Assembly (NCBI RefSeq): GCF_000092105.1
Contig: NC_014148.1
Location: forward strand, 5,190,001 to 5,222,000
Direction of reading: 5' to 3'
DNA length: 32,000 nt
Source: Planctopirus limnophila DSM 3776
Lineage (GTDB): Bacteria > Planctomycetota > Planctomycetia > Planctomycetales > Planctomycetaceae
Positions 29,733 to 32,000 of this stretch are shown here, one piece after another. The number at the start of each line of letters is the position of its first letter. Within the stretch, counting starts at the first letter, position 1. The notes below the pieces were generated by a model. That model did no database searches. It saw only the letters and a program-made list of their open reading frames with translations, and was not told the origin of the DNA. The position numbers and the translations under genes are program-made.

Positions 29733-30737
29733 TTAACCGGAGGGTGGAATCGTGATGACTTCAGGCAGGGAGAGTCCTTGCCTTAAGACGAAAAAGGTTT
29801 CCTGAAACGCATTCACGATGACAGCCGGCGAGGTACTGAAAAGTGTGATCAGCAGGAGCAGGCTCACCATGGCCTTGAGTGAGAACCCGACGGCCTGAAT
29901 ATTGATTTGCGGAACGGTGTGGCTCAAAAAACCAATGGCGGCATCGACCAGGCACATCACGAGCATGATGGGTGCGGCAAAGCGTATGGCCAGCGAGAAC
30001 GAGGCCTGCATCAGATTGTTTAACAGTTCCACAGTTCCCGGCTCCCAGAAGGCCCGTCCCACCGGGATCGACTGAAAACTCTCGACCATTGATTTCAACA
30101 TGACGAGATGCCCGCCCAGAGGTTCGAGCACCAGAAAGATGACTGTCCCCAGCCAGAAGAGGAGTTGCCCACTTTGCGAGGCATTCATTTGCAAGTCTGG
30201 GTTAAAGACTTCACCCAGTCCGAACCCTCCCTGCTGATCAATGATCTGCCCTGCCATCTGCAGACCAGCCAGCACCATCTGCACACCCAACCCTAAGAAC
30301 AACCCGATCACCAGTTCTCCCAGAAGCACGAGCACGAGTTGCCCCAGGTTTTCTGGAGGTGTGGGAAGTGCTGAGTATTCCGCGGCTGTCATGACTCGAT
30401 CATCAGGCGTCGAAAGCTCGGCAGATGCCGGTGTGTTTGATGACTCTGCGAGAAATCGCTCAGCGAGTGCCGGGGGAATTTCGTCGCTGGTTAATCGCTG
30501 ATCCTGGTTGCCATCTCGCAGCGAAAACCCTTGAGCCGCCTGATGGCCGATGGACGGTGTCACGAGAAGTGCCAGTACAAAAATCAGCAGTACGCGGATA
30601 TTCGTGGGCACGGCAGGGGCACCGAAGATCGGGCCAGTCAATGCGAGGCCTGAGAGCCTGACCAGCACCAGCAGAAAGATCTGGAACTGAAAAGTGGCTT
30701 CGGTCAGCAGCCATTCTGTCCAGGGCAAGGCCGGCAT
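29733..30737 (-). CDS. fliR: Flagellar type III export apparatus protein FliR, with an internal insertion of about 70 aa.
   Basis: A polytopic membrane protein immediately downstream of fliP and fliQ. The N-terminus (FQIFLLVLVRLSGLALTGPIFG) and the C-terminal half are typical of FliR. It is 334 aa, against about 250-260 aa for typical FliR. Confidence 0.85.
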   Translation of the reverse strand: MPALPWTEWLLTEATFQFQIFLLVLVRLSGLALTGPIFGAPAVPTNIRVLLIFVLALLVTPSIGHQAAQGFSLRDGNQDQRLTSDEIPPALAERFLAESSNTPASAELSTPDDRVMTAAEYSALPTPPENLGQLVLVLLGELVIGLFLGLGVQMVLAGLQMAGQIIDQQGGFGLGEVFNPDLQMNASQSGQLLFWLGTVIFLVLEPLGGHLVMLKSMVESFQSIPVGRAFWEPGTVELLNNLMQASFSLAIRFAAPIMLVMCLVDAAIGFLSHTVPQINIQAVGFSLKAMVSLLLLITLFSTSPAVIVNAFQETFFVLRQGLSLPEVITIPPSG

Positions 30738-30802
30738 GGAGCGAAATCTACTTTCGGCAAGGTGCGTTGGAGGTTGTCAGGAAGATTCCAATGGCCTGGT
30801 TT

Positions 30803-31078
30803 TCATTCATTCGCCAGACGTTCTGGAATGCTGGAGTACAAATCGAGGGCATAACTGTCCATGAGGCTCATCGACCAGGGCAGCGTTAATAAGGCCACCA
30901 GCAGCATGATCACCAGCTTGGGAACAAAGCTCAGCGTCTGTTCCTGAAGCTGTGTCACAGCCTGTGCCAGACTGATGATCAAGCCGACCAGCATCGCCGA
31001 CATCAGGCTGGGTAAGCAGACCATCAGCGCGACGACGACCGCATTCCGGCAGAGTTCAAGAGCAGTATCAGAAGTCAT
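30803..31078 (-). CDS. fliQ: Flagellar type III export apparatus protein FliQ.
   Basis: 91 aa with two TM helices and the conserved ...AQAVTQLQEQTLSFVPKLV... motif. Confidence 0.9.
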   Translation of the reverse strand: MTSDTALELCRNAVVVALMVCLPSLMSAMLVGLIISLAQAVTQLQEQTLSFVPKLVIMLLVALLTLPWSMSLMDSYALDLYSSIPERLANE

Positions 31079-31141
31079 GGGAGTCAGGCGTTCATACAGG
31101 TTGAAGTAGGGTGGGAATGAACTGGTGATGCAACGTGTGCG

Positions 31142-31993
31142 CTATCCGGAGGGTCTGACACTTTCTAGCAGCATGCCAACCGTCAGGAACCAGCCGTCAA
31201 TCATCACAAACAGCAGCAGCTTGAACGGGAGAGAAATCAGCACAGGGGGGAGCATCATCATCCCCATGCTGATCAGAATGGAGGAAATGACCATGTCGAT
31301 AATCAGAAACGGCAGATAGATCTGGAACGCAATGAGAAAGCTGACTTTCAACTCACTGAGAACATAGGCGGGTAACAATGCCACCAGTGGCACGTCTTCG
31401 TAGGTGGTGGGTTCTTTCCATGTGCTCAGAGCCGGGCTGTCTTGGGGTGGCCGCATGAAGTCGATAAACATCCAGACCGAATCACTGCTCCCCGTGCGGT
31501 CAATCTGTTCGGCCATAAAGCGGCGGATTGGAACTAAAGTGCGATTGAACGCTGTCCACTCATCAATCGCTGCTTCACCCGCACGAGGTGCGGTGTACGG
31601 CCTGATGCCCGCTTCATAAGCTTCCTGCCAGATAGGTGCCATCACGAGAAATGTGAGAAACAGACAGAGCGAAGTAATCACCTGATTGGGAGGCAACTGT
31701 TGTGTTCCCAGTGCCTGCCGCAACAATCCGAGCACAATCACAAAGCGAATGAAGCAGGTTGTCATCATGAGAATGCTGGGTGCCAGAGTGAGCACGGTCA
31801 GCAGGAACATAATTTTGAGTGTGTTCGACAACCCGCTCCGAGAAGTCAGATTCGAGGCGTCCAGTCCGGTTGGTAGGGCTGGTGCAGCCAAGCCTGGAGG
31901 AAATGCGAGCGTGCTGTTTTCACCACTGTTGAAATCGGCAGGTGCGTTACCTTCGGCACCAGTTCTTACGAGTGCCGGGCTCGACAGTTGCAC
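31142..31993 (-). CDS. fliP: Flagellar type III export apparatus protein FliP. The 5' end may extend past the window edge.
   Basis: [46 protein letters not shown] and the C-terminus [18 protein letters not shown] are hallmark FliP motifs. The listed start at 31993 is a GTG, and the frame stays open to position 32000. Confidence 0.9.
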   Translation of the reverse strand: MQLSSPALVRTGAEGNAPADFNSGENSTLAFPPGLAAPALPTGLDASNLTSRSGLSNTLKIMFLLTVLTLAPSILMMTTCFIRFVIVLGLLRQALGTQQLPPNQVITSLCLFLTFLVMAPIWQEAYEAGIRPYTAPRAGEAAIDEWTAFNRTLVPIRRFMAEQIDRTGSSDSVWMFIDFMRPPQDSPALSTWKEPTTYEDVPLVALLPAYVLSELKVSFLIAFQIYLPFLIIDMVISSILISMGMMMLPPVLISLPFKLLLFVMIDGWFLTVGMLLESVRPSG

Positions 31994-32000
31994 TGGCGCA

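Overview
GC-rich chromosomal segment, about 57-59% GC by hand spot counts. It looks planctomycetal: it has DUF1559/H-X9-DG prepilin-like proteins, a DUF1080 protein, very large signal-peptide proteins and flagellar export genes. Left third (1-9022, minus strand): a tandem array of three paralogous, very large secreted and C-terminally membrane-anchored proteins. One copy is intact (1173 aa). A second is broken by a 1-nt frameshift in a C4G3 run. That second copy then runs in frame, without any stop codon, into a third copy that leaves the window. The ORF track misses this 4.9-kb open frame because it has no stop inside the window. Middle: ordinary genes, namely a DUF1559 protein, a prenyltransferase/squalene-oxidase-repeat protein, a VOC-family protein, a small membrane protein, a GT2 glycosyltransferase and a DUF1080 protein. 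Most notable: a lower-GC insert of about 4.4 kb (15.8-20.2 kb) lies between the DUF1080 gene and mutS. It carries a translationally coupled gene pair, a SIR2-like NADase followed by a HerA-type ATPase. This is the architecture of the SIR2-HerA anti-phage (NAD-depletion/abortive infection) system. Decayed gene fragments sit next to it and no mobility genes are visible. Downstream of mutS there is a second lower-GC islet (23.5-26.1 kb) with four small minus-strand genes of unknown function, one of them DUF4279-like. Right end: a degenerate DUF1559-like gene, PBP2 (mrdA-like, carrying an 18-bp in-frame tandem duplication) and fliR-fliQ-fliP. FliR has an insertion of about 70 aa containing an EF-hand-like loop. 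I recognised no rRNA, tRNA, CRISPR array, transposase or integrase. All family assignments come from motif recognition by eye and need profile searches to confirm.
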